The notes under the pieces are model-generated. The model was not told the origin of the DNA, did not search any database, and saw only the letters and a program-made list of their open reading frames with translations. A stretch of DNA of 62,734 nucleotides, the filler included, from Dirinaria sp. TL-2023a (taxonomy: Eukaryota): the NCBI GenBank assembly GCA_051941275.1. It is 7 parts of 7 records of this genome, joined end to end, with 100 filler letters (N's around TTAATTAATTAA, not from the genome) between each part and the next. Parts side by side here need not be neighbours in the genome. Positions count along the whole stretch, not along the records: positions 35,945 to 44,817 come from JAVEBF010001131.1; positions 44,918 to 53,777 come from JAVEBF010001132.1; 5 more parts are not named here. The stretch is one strand, 5' to 3'. The translations under genes and the position numbers were made by a program. Positions 38,506 through 49,400 of this stretch are shown one piece after another; within the stretch, counting starts at the first letter, position 1; each line of letters opens with the position of its first letter.

Positions 38506-40917
38506 ATGGCTCCTTACGACGCCGAAGAGCTAATGACCAAATTCATTGATATTAGGACCAAGACTATTCCGAGTCTAAGCAAACCAGAGTTCTTAGGTCG
38601 AGCAGAAACTCAAAAGCTAGCTACAGAACGTGCCAATGCTGTCTTTACTCATCGTGCCGCTATCCTCGCCATCTTGGATCGATATGAAGAGACTCTTGGG
38701 AAGCGATGGCGCAACAAGAGCATTGAGCTGCGTCGGAAAGTCCTGATGAGCGCTTACCCGACCATGCCATCTCATCATCGGCCAGACTTCGAGGCCATAC
38801 GCACGGAGAGCCCAGCACAGACTATACTGGCGACTCGATTTCCTGAGGCCTTTTCATTACCTTCTCTCAATATGGAAGATCTGACCAAACCCAAAAGCCT
38901 GTTAATGCTTTTGAATTCCCGCGGAAGACACGATCCAGCGCTATTCGTCAATGCTGATATGAATTCGATATATCTGGGCTTGTACTCACAAGCAATTAAG
39001 CCCAAGTATCTCTGTGGGTATACCATGTTTTTTTTTCGCCAACCAGCCGCCTAAGGATTATGGCCAACTCGTCTCTTGGAATGCACGACCGGGAATATAC
39101 CAGATGATGTGGCAAGGTATTGGAATACAACCTGGGGAGGGGCTGATTGTTCTAGAGATCCAACGGCGGATCCTCGACTTCCTTCAACGATGTGCGGAAG
39201 ACTTGCCACTGCACGACACCAGAATACCTGTGCAGCCGTCGATTAAAACGTCAGAGCCTAATGCTGCTACCATTAAGCAAGGTCTGATGAGTTCGTCGCT
39301 CCTAGAGGAGACCATGGAGGCACCTTACAGTGTGCCCGGCCTGGACCTAGATCGCCTAGGCTCTTTCCTGTCTGCCAAACGTGATGAGGCCGAAGACCAT
39401 ATCTGGTCACTTCGCGAAGATCCTTCCTATTTTAGATACTGCATCGGGGTCTCCAGCGAGCATCAAGAGGTACAGATCGCTGGTGTCGATGGGTCCAAGC
39501 ATCCTATGCTTGGCACCACCAAGTTCTGGGATTTTCTCTTGAAACAAGCCGTTCTCGATGCTTACATGGTTTTTGCGAGCTGGGATGACCTGTACCAAGC
39601 TGCGAACCAGTTGATCTCGCTGCGAAGTCAGTACGCCAGCGAGATACAGCCCAGTATGCCCTTACCAACGGAATACGATGTTGCACTCTGCCACTTCTCG
39701 TTCAGCGTGGATCAATTAGTTGAGGGCACCTTAACCATCTACAAAAGAGCAATGATGGCATCTCCTGGTCTGCGAGGGCACTACGCAAGTCGCACCCAAA
39801 ACTGGAAAGGCAATACCATCGAGGTGGTAGCTAAAGCCAACTCGCGCAAGAAGGATAAGTTTCGTTGGCATCTCGAGCAGCTATTCATGCTAGACCAGGT
39901 GTCTCTCCACGGACTTGAGGTCCTAAGTGATAATGCGGAGAGAGTGATCCTCGATCCTGGGAATCGAGTGGATCGAGCGCGAGTATCACCTTACGTAGCC
40001 AGCATTCTGTCGGACTTGTCGCTCCTAGGGGAGATCCGCCGCCAACTAGGCTTGCTGCGTCCAGGGATACCCATGACGGAGCCAATAAGATGCGCCGATC
40101 AACTAAAAGCATTCATCCAGCGTATGGAGCTCAATGGCCGTTTGAAGACGGCCTTCGAAGAAGGTATCCAATTGTCTGCGGTTGGAACACCCCTGGCCAA
40201 ATTTACTTATCCTTTGGATAAGCCTTTGAACGCAAAAACCACAAGAATTCTACAAGAAGCCGAGAGAAACTTGGATCGTTTCTGGAACAAGGTCGATAGC
40301 CATATAATTCAGCATGGTGGTACAAGCTTGCACACGAAGCTCATCAATATCATACGCATTAGGGAGATTCGCAGAACACCTGACTGGAAGGATGTCAATA
40401 GTGAAGTCAGAAAGTTAGATAAAGCCTTAGAGGAGTTATCAGTTAAGACTACGTTACTTGAGCTTGAGGCTCGTACCGAGAATACTGTCAGTCATACAAC
40501 CCAGCAGCTTCCTGTACCAAAAGTCAAGACCCGTGGTACGGCTTCTTAATCTGACACAAAGGTGGAACACGCACGGAACCATACACCCGAACAGCTATCT
40601 CCACAACCACCCATCAAAGTCAGTAAAGATGGCTTTAAGGTGTTTTCCTCCTTATTCTACAATCCAGATGATGGCCAGCCCCCTGGTGAGATACCTTGGG
40701 TCAAATTCCAATCGGCGATGGCCTCAGTGGGCTTTTCCATCTAAAGCTGAACGGCTCTGCTTGCGTCTTCGAGCCACTGTCAGACGAGTTCCATCGAAGT
40801 ATCATATTCCACGAGCCTCATCCTAACAGCAACATACCTTTTCAAGTCGCAAGAAGGTATGGCCGACGCTTGGAACGTGCTTATGGTTGGAACTTGGCCA
40901 GTTTCGTCCGTCGCTAG
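38506..40917 (+). pseudogene. Disrupted ~800-aa conserved fungal protein with C-terminal HicA-like motif
   Basis: Four consecutive ORFs read as one protein. Lesions: extra T in the T9 run at 39028-39036, in-frame TAA at 40547-40549, and a frameshift near 40742. Motifs LLNSRGRH, AEDHIWSLREDPSYF, FHEPHP, RRYGRRLERAYGW. Confidence 0.75.
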
Positions 40918-42041
40918 GTTAAGAAGTCCTGTTGCCATCCCAACCACGAGCCGAGTGTCTTTCTCAAGGCTTGATACGAAATCTTACTACATGGGTAAAG
41001 ACACAATAGCCTTTGGTCGATGTGCATGCATTGGGCAACAAATCCATAATCCGCACGTGCGACCGTTAGAGTCCTAGATGGCTCGCTTTTCATTATCTAC
41101 TGGGTTAGATCCTGTGGTGTCTGTATACTTTCGTCAACCGATAATTCAGATGCTAGGACGAAATACACTCATCCTCCGCATGAATGAGAGATAGCTCGAG
41201 TAGCCACGTGCATCAAATGCTTCCTATTCTAGACAGGAAAATTTCGTCAATAGTCCGCCAATCCAACTTTTCTCCTTGAGTAGATCACTGATTATTACGC
41301 ACAATTCTTCATTGCCCCCGGCGCGGAGAAAGGGTCTTCTAGCAGCCCTTCTGGATTCTGCTGAGGTGTAAAACCGAACGACAAACTGATGCTCCAGTTG
41401 CTAGCCATTTTTATTATGAAGCGACTGGCAACCAGGTAAGCAAACACGCAGTGCTTATCAAGGCACCTGGTTAAGTGGTTATGTCTCTAGATAGATTTTT
41501 CAACAGTCAATTGCTATTTCCAATGATCTCTCAACAATTATTCAACAGTGTACGCCTTCCGCGCCACTTCCGTTATGACTCAACATCAAAAATTTACGCA
41601 AAGTATATTTACACTGCCATCACTATTCTTTCTCCTTATTCTTTCCCAGATTCCAAACCCCAATCACCAAAATTTTCTCAAAATTTTACTATATAGATAG
41701 ACTACACCAACCGAATCTTAATGAACCTAAACCCTAAAGTAAGATACTAGTACCGAGATACTTACGTAAGGTACCCAAGTACCAAGACACCTTACCTTAA
41801 AAGACATATCTACTTATACTATTCATTTAGACCAAGTAACATACCGTCAATGAGAATTACTCAGGCGTGGATACTGTTACTCTAGAACAAATCGCACCTT
41901 CTCGGTCTCCTGGGATCGCGAATCTCTGCTGAGTTGCTACGGTAGCCGCTCAAATCACTTCCTTTGCATTCTTAGATCATACTTCCATCACCGTCACGTT
42001 CAATTTAAACTATATCATCTTTACTTTCCTATCGAAGCAGC

Positions 42042-43439
42042 ATGGATTCTCAAGCCGGCCGTTGTCCAGTGGACCTCGATGAGGAAGAAATCCTTGCTCT
42101 CGAAGAGGAGTCCCTGATACTGCGAAAAGCTCCAGGACAAAAGCGGAAGATTAGCTCATCGCTGCTTACACCGCCATCAAGTGGTTCGCCCTCCTCCTTG
42201 TCCTCTGCGAACTCCACTGCATCAGTCAGTGTTTGGAAAGTAGCTTCTACAAACAGCGGGTTCGTATTGCCTGAATCCTACTACAGCGCCGATACAGTCG
42301 CATGGTGTGGCTTTGCACCGGAGGCAGCCAACACGACGTTTACGAGGTGGTCAGCGAGATCAGAAGGCAACGATGGAAGAAACCCGGATGATTTGATCGA
42401 TTACATGGTAGCGGACATTCGACAGGTCGATTTCAAGGACGAACTGACAGAAGACGAACAACTGAATCGTATGCCGCTGAAGGAAACTCTCAAATCCGTA
42501 CTCAGAGACCCCAAGTTCGAGTCTGTTCGTAGCACCGCAGATCTTCGGTACTGGATCATTAACACCATCACGATTAACTATGAGACCCTATGGGCCCTCA
42601 AATCGCGAGTGAAGACTATTGGTACCGCGGCTGCTCACAGTCGAGCGAAGAAGAAGCCCAAGCTGCATGCCAGCGAAATTTTCACTACGAAACCAGCATC
42701 GCCGAACCAACCAGCCTCCCCTCCCACCAGTTCCACTGCAAGCATTTTGTCCTCGATCAACGACTTCTCGCTTTCCCAAAACCTCCCAAAAGCTCATGTC
42801 CGTCTTGTTACTCGACCTCCATTACCAAAGCAAGATCATATCATCTTGTACAAGGCGAAAGCAGCGGTGGAGATGCAGGAATGGATCGATAGCGAAGGCA
42901 ATGTGGATCTGAAAGGGCTAGAAACTTACTCAGGCGGCGATTTCGATCCGCGTACGCCAGCATATTATTTCACCTTGGAGAAGGACACGGCAGAACGGTA
43001 CCGACAATGGACAGCGGAGAGATGCACTTATGCCGACACCTGGCTAATTGAGATACAAGTGCCACGCGCCTTCATCGATCAGCTTAGATACAAAGAGATT
43101 TGGTACGGCTTCGAATGGAAAGAGTATGTATGGTACTGCCGTCGACAGAAAGTTCCCCCAGCCAAGTATGATGACCTCTGGAAACCCGGTGGAGTGGATT
43201 TGATAAAAGGTCACGTTTGCGCGACCGCCTCCAAACACGTCGCCAGAGTCGCCAGTGATGCGGTGCAGTCATGGTTCAACGAAGGTCATGTTTTACACAC
43301 GGCGGACGGGCAAAAGAGTATTCAATGGGTATTTCCCCAGTCGGAAAGCAGTTCCCGTCTATCGTCCGTCATCAGGGGGAAGATCTATATTGAAGTGACG
43401 CCACCTTTACAAGATTACAACGAGTTTAAATTGAATTGA
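42042..43439 (+). CDS. Single-exon 465-aa protein, putative C-terminal ADP-ribosyltransferase-like (DUF3990-like) domain
   Basis: Long ATG-initiated ORF; motif order ILYKAK...GGDF...AYYFT...A..Y..W...WKEYVWYCRR...DLIKGHV...QWVF. Coding status is firm, domain call is tentative. Confidence 0.7.
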   Translation: MDSQAGRCPVDLDEEEILALEEESLILRKAPGQKRKISSSLLTPPSSGSPSSLSSANSTASVSVWKVASTNSGFVLPESYYSADTVAWCGFAPEAANTTFTRWSARSEGNDGRNPDDLIDYMVADIRQVDFKDELTEDEQLNRMPLKETLKSVLRDPKFESVRSTADLRYWIINTITINYETLWALKSRVKTIGTAAAHSRAKKKPKLHASEIFTTKPASPNQPASPPTSSTASILSSINDFSLSQNLPKAHVRLVTRPPLPKQDHIILYKAKAAVEMQEWIDSEGNVDLKGLETYSGGDFDPRTPAYYFTLEKDTAERYRQWTAERCTYADTWLIEIQVPRAFIDQLRYKEIWYGFEWKEYVWYCRRQKVPPAKYDDLWKPGGVDLIKGHVCATASKHVARVASDAVQSWFNEGHVLHTADGQKSIQWVFPQSESSSRLSSVIRGKIYIEVTPPLQDYNEFKLN

Positions 43440-43459
43440 TGGGGCTCACTCAGACTCAT

Positions 43460-44274
43460 GTTTTGCAACCTCCTTTTTGACTTCGGCCGCGTCTCTCCAC
43501 AATAATACTATTCATAGTCCGGCAAGGGTCACAACGGATTCCTGCTCGAAGGCGCCTTCATGGCCCTTTTATATGCTCTGCCGATTTACTTCCAAGCCAT
43601 CAGCGATGTGTCACCAGCGGCCGAAGGCGTCCACAACCTTCCCCTGCTTCCCAATTGTGACATTGGATCTTTCGTAGCAGGTCTTCTCATATCAAAATTT
43701 CGGCGCCTTGTACCCTTCATGGTCTGGGCGAGCGGCGGCGGCTGCATTGGTACAGGGTTGATCTACACTCTGGATGTCAACTCCCCCTCCTCGCATTGGA
43801 TTGGGTTTCAAGTCCTAGCAGGCCTCGCCTTCGGATCCGGGCTTCCCCTTGCAATTATTGGGGGCCAAGTTCGTTCCTCGACCAAAGATCTACGTTCAAC
43901 AACAGCGATGCTTCTATGTACGTCTCCCCTAATATATCCATTACTGTCAGGAAAGGCTACTAAAATCTTCTCCCGCAGTCACCTTCAACGTTGGTAGTTC
44001 GCTTGCCCTCGCAGCCGCACAATCCGTCCTCGACAACATCCTCTTCACCGGCCTGCCATCTCGTGCCCCCAACGTCAACCCCAAAGCCGTCATTCTAGCC
44101 GGTGCCACGGAAATCCGCACCACCTTCCACCCAGACGATGTGGCCGGCATCGTCGACGCTTATCTACACGGCGTCAGGGCTGTGTATATCATGATCATTG
44201 CACTTTCTGGGGCGGGGACATTGATGGCTATGGCAAATCGTTGGCAAAGACTTGCTTTGACGAAGGGGTCGTAG
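43460..44274 (+). pseudogene. C-terminal half of a 14-TM MFS (DHA2-type) efflux transporter
   Basis: YALPIYFQAI, GVHNLP, WIGFQVLAGLAFG, LAAAQSVL, AGATEIR, AYLHGVRAVY; intron 43918-43978. N-terminal half absent; a frameshifted TM remnant lies at about 43460-43530. Confidence 0.8.
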
Positions 44275-44817
44275 GTAATGAAATTTATGAGTATGACGAA
44301 GAGTATTTTCTACGCTAAGTAATTAGAGTATTTGCAAAGTCATATATCGCGTGAACGGGGCTTCTGTTGCTACTTTCTCCGTAGTTTATACACGCTTTAC
44401 GGAGTCATGACCGGTCGAAATCTACCTAGAGCGATTCTAATCTAGAAAAAAAAGAGAAGGTCACTGGATCAAGCAATGATATGATAAATGCAAAATTGAA
44501 TGATCATTGCACGAGCTCTCTTGAACAAATCACCTTTCCAAACTTATCCAGCCAGGGTTAGCTAGAATGGGGCTGAATCCCTAATGTAAGGTAGGAAACA
44601 TCCTCAGAAAAAATCCAAACCACATAGCAAACGATCTATAGACCACAGAATCGTGTTTTTCTAAAGGTAAGGTAAAACTCGCATGCTATCAAAACGCTTT
44701 CTCTAGGTAAAAATAAAAGCGTGCAAATGTATATTACGCGTCCTTCTTACTCTACACAAATCGACCCCCATTTCCGGGACTCCTTTGAAACCATATTTTT
44801 ACCTTGTTCCCCTAACC

Positions 44818-44917
44818 NNNNNNNNNNNNNNNNNNNNNNNNNNNNNNNNNNNNNNNNNNNNTTAATTAATTAANNNNNNNNNNNNNNNNNNNNNNNNNNN
44901 NNNNNNNNNNNNNNNNN
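44818..44917. other. Artificial contig linker
   Basis: N44-TTAATTAATTAA-N44. Confidence 0.98.
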
Positions 44918-45206
44918 GGAAATTAGATACTACCGTTTTCTTTTTTTTTTAAAAAAAAAAAAAAATTGTGGCTGTAGGTAAGGTAGGTAGATACAGGATC
45001 TATTTGTTCCTTTGTATTATTATGGTTGATATGGCGCCACCACCACCCTGCACCATCATCTCTGGGTTTGGAATCTATACTATTCTTTTTTCTTCTTCTC
45101 TATATATAAAAAAGAGGATGGTTTACTTACAGTATGCAATGCTAAGTTTCCCTCCACTTCTCTCGCTACATACGAAAACCGCCATATCTTGTGTACATAG
45201 AGAACG

Positions 45207-46454
45207 TCATGAACTCGCGATTGCAGCCCTAGGCCCCGTTGGCTCGGCCCTGATATCGATTAAAAGGTGCTTGTCCTTTCCTAGATAGAGGATGTTAATT
45301 AATACATGATGAGTATGTGCTGGAATCCCTTTTGTCAAAAGGAGGGGGCCGGGGAACATACCAATCGCGTAAGCAGTGCCCACTTTCCCCTGACCGAGGC
45401 AGAGATTCATTATCGTGGCGACGGCGGCCCAAAGCTCGTACCACGATGTCGTATCTGCCGGGCCGCTGGTGTCGATTATCGCTATACATCCCGCGGGGCC
45501 TGGGATAGATTTCATTGCTTAGTTTTTCGAGGTTTTTTTTTTTTTTTTTTTTACTTTCTTACCTCCTTCTTTCTTTCGTTTGGGAAAAGGGTGAGGTAGA
45601 ATAAAGTTACTCACCGAAGAAAGACGAGTACAAAGCCACCGGCAGTTGCATGCCTGGACCAGGCCCGTAATGGAAGAGCTGCTGCGACGGATCGGCCATC
45701 ATGTTATCCGCGATGTCTTGACAATGCTGCGGGAGAGGGCCCAGGGGCTCCGAGCAATGCACGCTGGGGTGGTCGCCTTTCATTACGAGATTCAAGTGCC
45801 CGTTGCGTCCTATATGATAAAAAGAGATTTCAAACAATGATCAACAAGTAACTCGACGGCGGATTCATAATGGGAAAGAAGATTACGCATATACCTACCG
45901 ATTCCAGAAGCAATGCCGCCGTCCAGGGTGCCGGTGTCTGGATGGCATTTCTTAATCAGATTGTACGCGGCGTCTTTGAAGTCGAGTTCGCTGGCGATAT
46001 CGGCATCGACGAGATCGATTCCGATTTCGAAATAGCAGAGACCGTCGGCTTGACACACGCTACATCAGTGACATGTTCTTCCTTGGAGGCTTGCGGGGCA
46101 GGGGGTGTGGTGGCTCCCACAGCTCGTGATCCTGTAAGGAAGCCGGACATCCCAAGTGCCATCTTCGCGTCGACCAAAGGTCAGCGTTCTGGGGTTGTTA
46201 AAAAGTTTCCGCCATGCGTCGAAACAACTGCTCATAGGTATGTGTCGTCCATATTCCACGGCATCGCATTTCAGTACCGGACCTAATTTCAGAAGCCCGA
46301 TCGCTGAAGTGGACGTCGGACTTTTGGTGGTGTTTGCGATAGGTTCTGGCTGCCTTGAAGGGCTCAAAGACGCATTTGCAAGGCTGGCCAATATTCCCAG
46401 CAAGGCTGTCACCAATACATATCGCTTGAGATGCCGTGACAGATTTACCTGCAT
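45207..46454 (-). CDS. Secreted Cys-containing protein with two tandem similar domains (5 exons)
   Basis: Signal-like VLVTALLGILASLANA. Repeat 1: C..C..LPYRITSSDGLC..DIAS..LIKKC..GGIASGIG. Repeat 2: C..C..LPVALYS..GC..DTTSW..IMNLC..VGTAYAIG. GT-AG introns keep frame. Confidence 0.78.
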
Positions 46455-49400
46455 TTCGACAAGAGACGTAACCTGCGAGACGTTTGACAAGGATTTTGAA
46501 AAGAGATAGATCGCTTCTACTGCAAGTTTTCATACAAGCGCCTTACGGGATTTGATGGTCATTCGACCGCATTTGGCGGGCTCTCGCTTTGACGGTTGCG
46601 ATAGCCGGCGCAGCATTGAGGTCACTGCGCAGTTTCTGGACGCAATATTGTGACATGGTTGGCTGCGTACCTTACTTCGAGAGAATGCGTAGATAGAGTG
46701 AAAGATCGGACGGCCAGCCAGCTATGCTGCTCCAAAACTTATCATAAGTTGGAAAAATTCGTACATCTGTAGAACGCCACCGCCTCGAAGATTTAGGGAC
46801 TGTTTGATCGTAAAAAAAAGAGATCAACCAAATTGTCGAAAGATTACTACCACAAATGTCGGCCACGTAAGTTTTTGGATGTCCACTGAGCCTTGGCCAT
46901 CGGTAGTTGAGCGAACACATTGTTGTGACAATTAACCACCACTATCGATGTTAAGCTCCTAAGAAAATTCGACGGGTCTAATAACTTCCTCGTTGCGGAT
47001 CTCCTTATCGTCTGTATTCGTGACTATGTGACTCTTGGGTCAACAGTAAGATTGATCAGCGGCTGTGAACAGCACAGCGATATCATGTGCAGGCCGTCAG
47101 CATCCGCTCTCAGAGGTGGTTTCTAAATTACTTCAGTTGGTGTCTTCATTGAATACTCGACAATCGCTATAGAAGCGCAAGTTAAAACTGAGCCCAAGAT
47201 CCCTTAGGTAAGCCATCATAATTGACTAAGAAAACCAAAGGAAGTACAATCATAACCTCGTTTACCTAGTTCCAGCATCCTCACCATCTGACCATTATGC
47301 ACGCTTTTCTTTGCTGAATTTCATTAGAGCGTAAGTGCGCACTATACCCAGAAAGGAGCTGCTGTTTTTGTGATCGCGACTGTTGGGTGCTTTCTCAGCT
47401 TCCGCCGTCTTTGTGATTCTCGCAAATCTTTAATTAGGGCGCAGCACGCTGAATGGAGAATGCCATCAAGAAATGTGACAGGATGAAACGGAAAGAGGAC
47501 TTTGAGCGGGAAATTGTGCAGCCTTCCTTTGTAAATTGAGGGTGTCGGGGAGCATTGAATGTATGGTGTTTTGAAATGAGGTATCGCACATGTGTGAGGA
47601 GGTCATAATGCTATTGGTTCGACGGCCGAAACCTGATGTTTTGATGCACCAAGTGCGAACAAAGGATTTCAGTCACCGAGCCACCGTTCTCAAAGAGAGA
47701 AACGATCTGCCGTTACTTTCCAAGCTGGATGGATCTATTCTGATCAGGAGTAAATTTGTCATTGTGAAACTTGTACTCTGGGTCAGCACAGTTTCCGTGT
47801 GAGCAGTTCATGCTTCGAGGAATCCATTGCCAAACCTTGAGGGCATGCTGCGTGACAGGTCGATCGAGATTTGGTTCGGCATGAATTGGGCGGGCAGCGA
47901 CCGGGATGTTCCTTAAACCAGAGCTCTACAAAAAGATCTCGAAGGATTCGATCCAAGATCTGCGCATGCATCTCGGGCACCGTTTCTCTCACGGATTGCG
48001 GCAACCGAGACTTGAGTCTTTCAGGTCGGGACTACTGTTAAGTTTAGATTCAGAAAATCATGCAAACTTTCCTGTACAAGGTTAACTTTGTGATAAGCTC
48101 GAATGCCTTCGTAATGCAGCTGCTAGTCGCAGTAGCACATGTTCAATGAAACGCGGATTTGGATGAAAATGTGGCACTTGATATCAGATACAGAGTTAGC
48201 GCAGCGGTCGATCAGGCTTATTAGGCGCCAAGGTAGGGTAATTTGTGACTTCTATCTGCTTCGTTTCGAGATACCAATCAGCACTCAATCCAGTGTAGGT
48301 GAAGGATCGTGCATGCCTTATCCGAGATCGACCTCCAAAACTCTAACCCCTTTTGAGCTTGTGGCTAATTGACTTTACATCCTTGTAGTGTGTGCTTTGC
48401 CGTCTTTGCTTTGTAGTATTGCGAGACGCTGCGGAGGCGCGCCGCAATGACGAATACGTTCTGTCAGTGATTCAGATAAGGTTACGTATCGCAGGTACCC
48501 AAGGTTCGATATGAGGGTAATGATCCACGAGGTGGGTTCTCCCTGCCCTCAAAAGCCACACGAGTCAGGTATGATACAAGGAGATAGGCTCACGAGTCAT
48601 TCAGATACCCTAGAGACTAGAGAGGAGCCTGAGGCGGTTAGACCGCCTCACGCACGCTTCATAACGGTCGGTACCATAATTGAAGCTTATGCGTACACAA
48701 GACCCGAGGGACCCTGATCATAGATTGAGATCTAGAACAGTATGCTCGACCTTTAGACTGCTGGAGGGCGTGCAAGAAATAACCAATGATCATTTCCAAT
48801 AGATACCTCGCTGCTGGGCGCTAACAAGTCTCGATCCACCGCAATTTACCATCAGCCGCGCAGGATCAGAAATAGCGGACATGGATTGAGGCAATAGACC
48901 GTATCCGCGTTGTACAAAGCCTTTGTAGCCTTTCTCAGCCTTCCATGTTTTTGCCAATTCTGACAGGAACTCGTGTGACCTTATCACTCCTGGAAGTGAT
49001 TCTACCTGGCTGGCTTCGATGTCTCGCTGTTCAATCGACATTTGAAATCCGAGAACTGATTGCAAATAGGATAAGGGCGTGGTCGAGAGACTGTAGAAGG
49101 AGCGACTTTAGGAAGGCAACCCCCAAAGGGCGGGGCGTGGCGGTAGCGATGGCAAAGTCAGAAGTACGAAAATTTCCAACGTGAAGTCCACGATGTTGGG
49201 GCTGAGAGTGCTTTGCCATGGCTAGTCTCCTTGAGACGAAGAACAAAGAACTCAATAGATTTACAGGCTATGCGCACATAGAAAGGCAAGCAATAGGAGA
49301 TCGTTTCGGCCCATTTAAGAGGAAGAAGAATGTAGAATGAGAGCTCGAGCGCTAGGGGAAGTGGCGTCATTTACCCCGATCAGAGCAGACAAGGTCCTTT

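Noticed and set aside
4022..43439. Patatin, NLR and toxin-like genes as cargo of the captain's Starship
   Set aside because: They are typical Starship accessory types but lie on different, size-sorted contigs; no linkage can be inferred from this window
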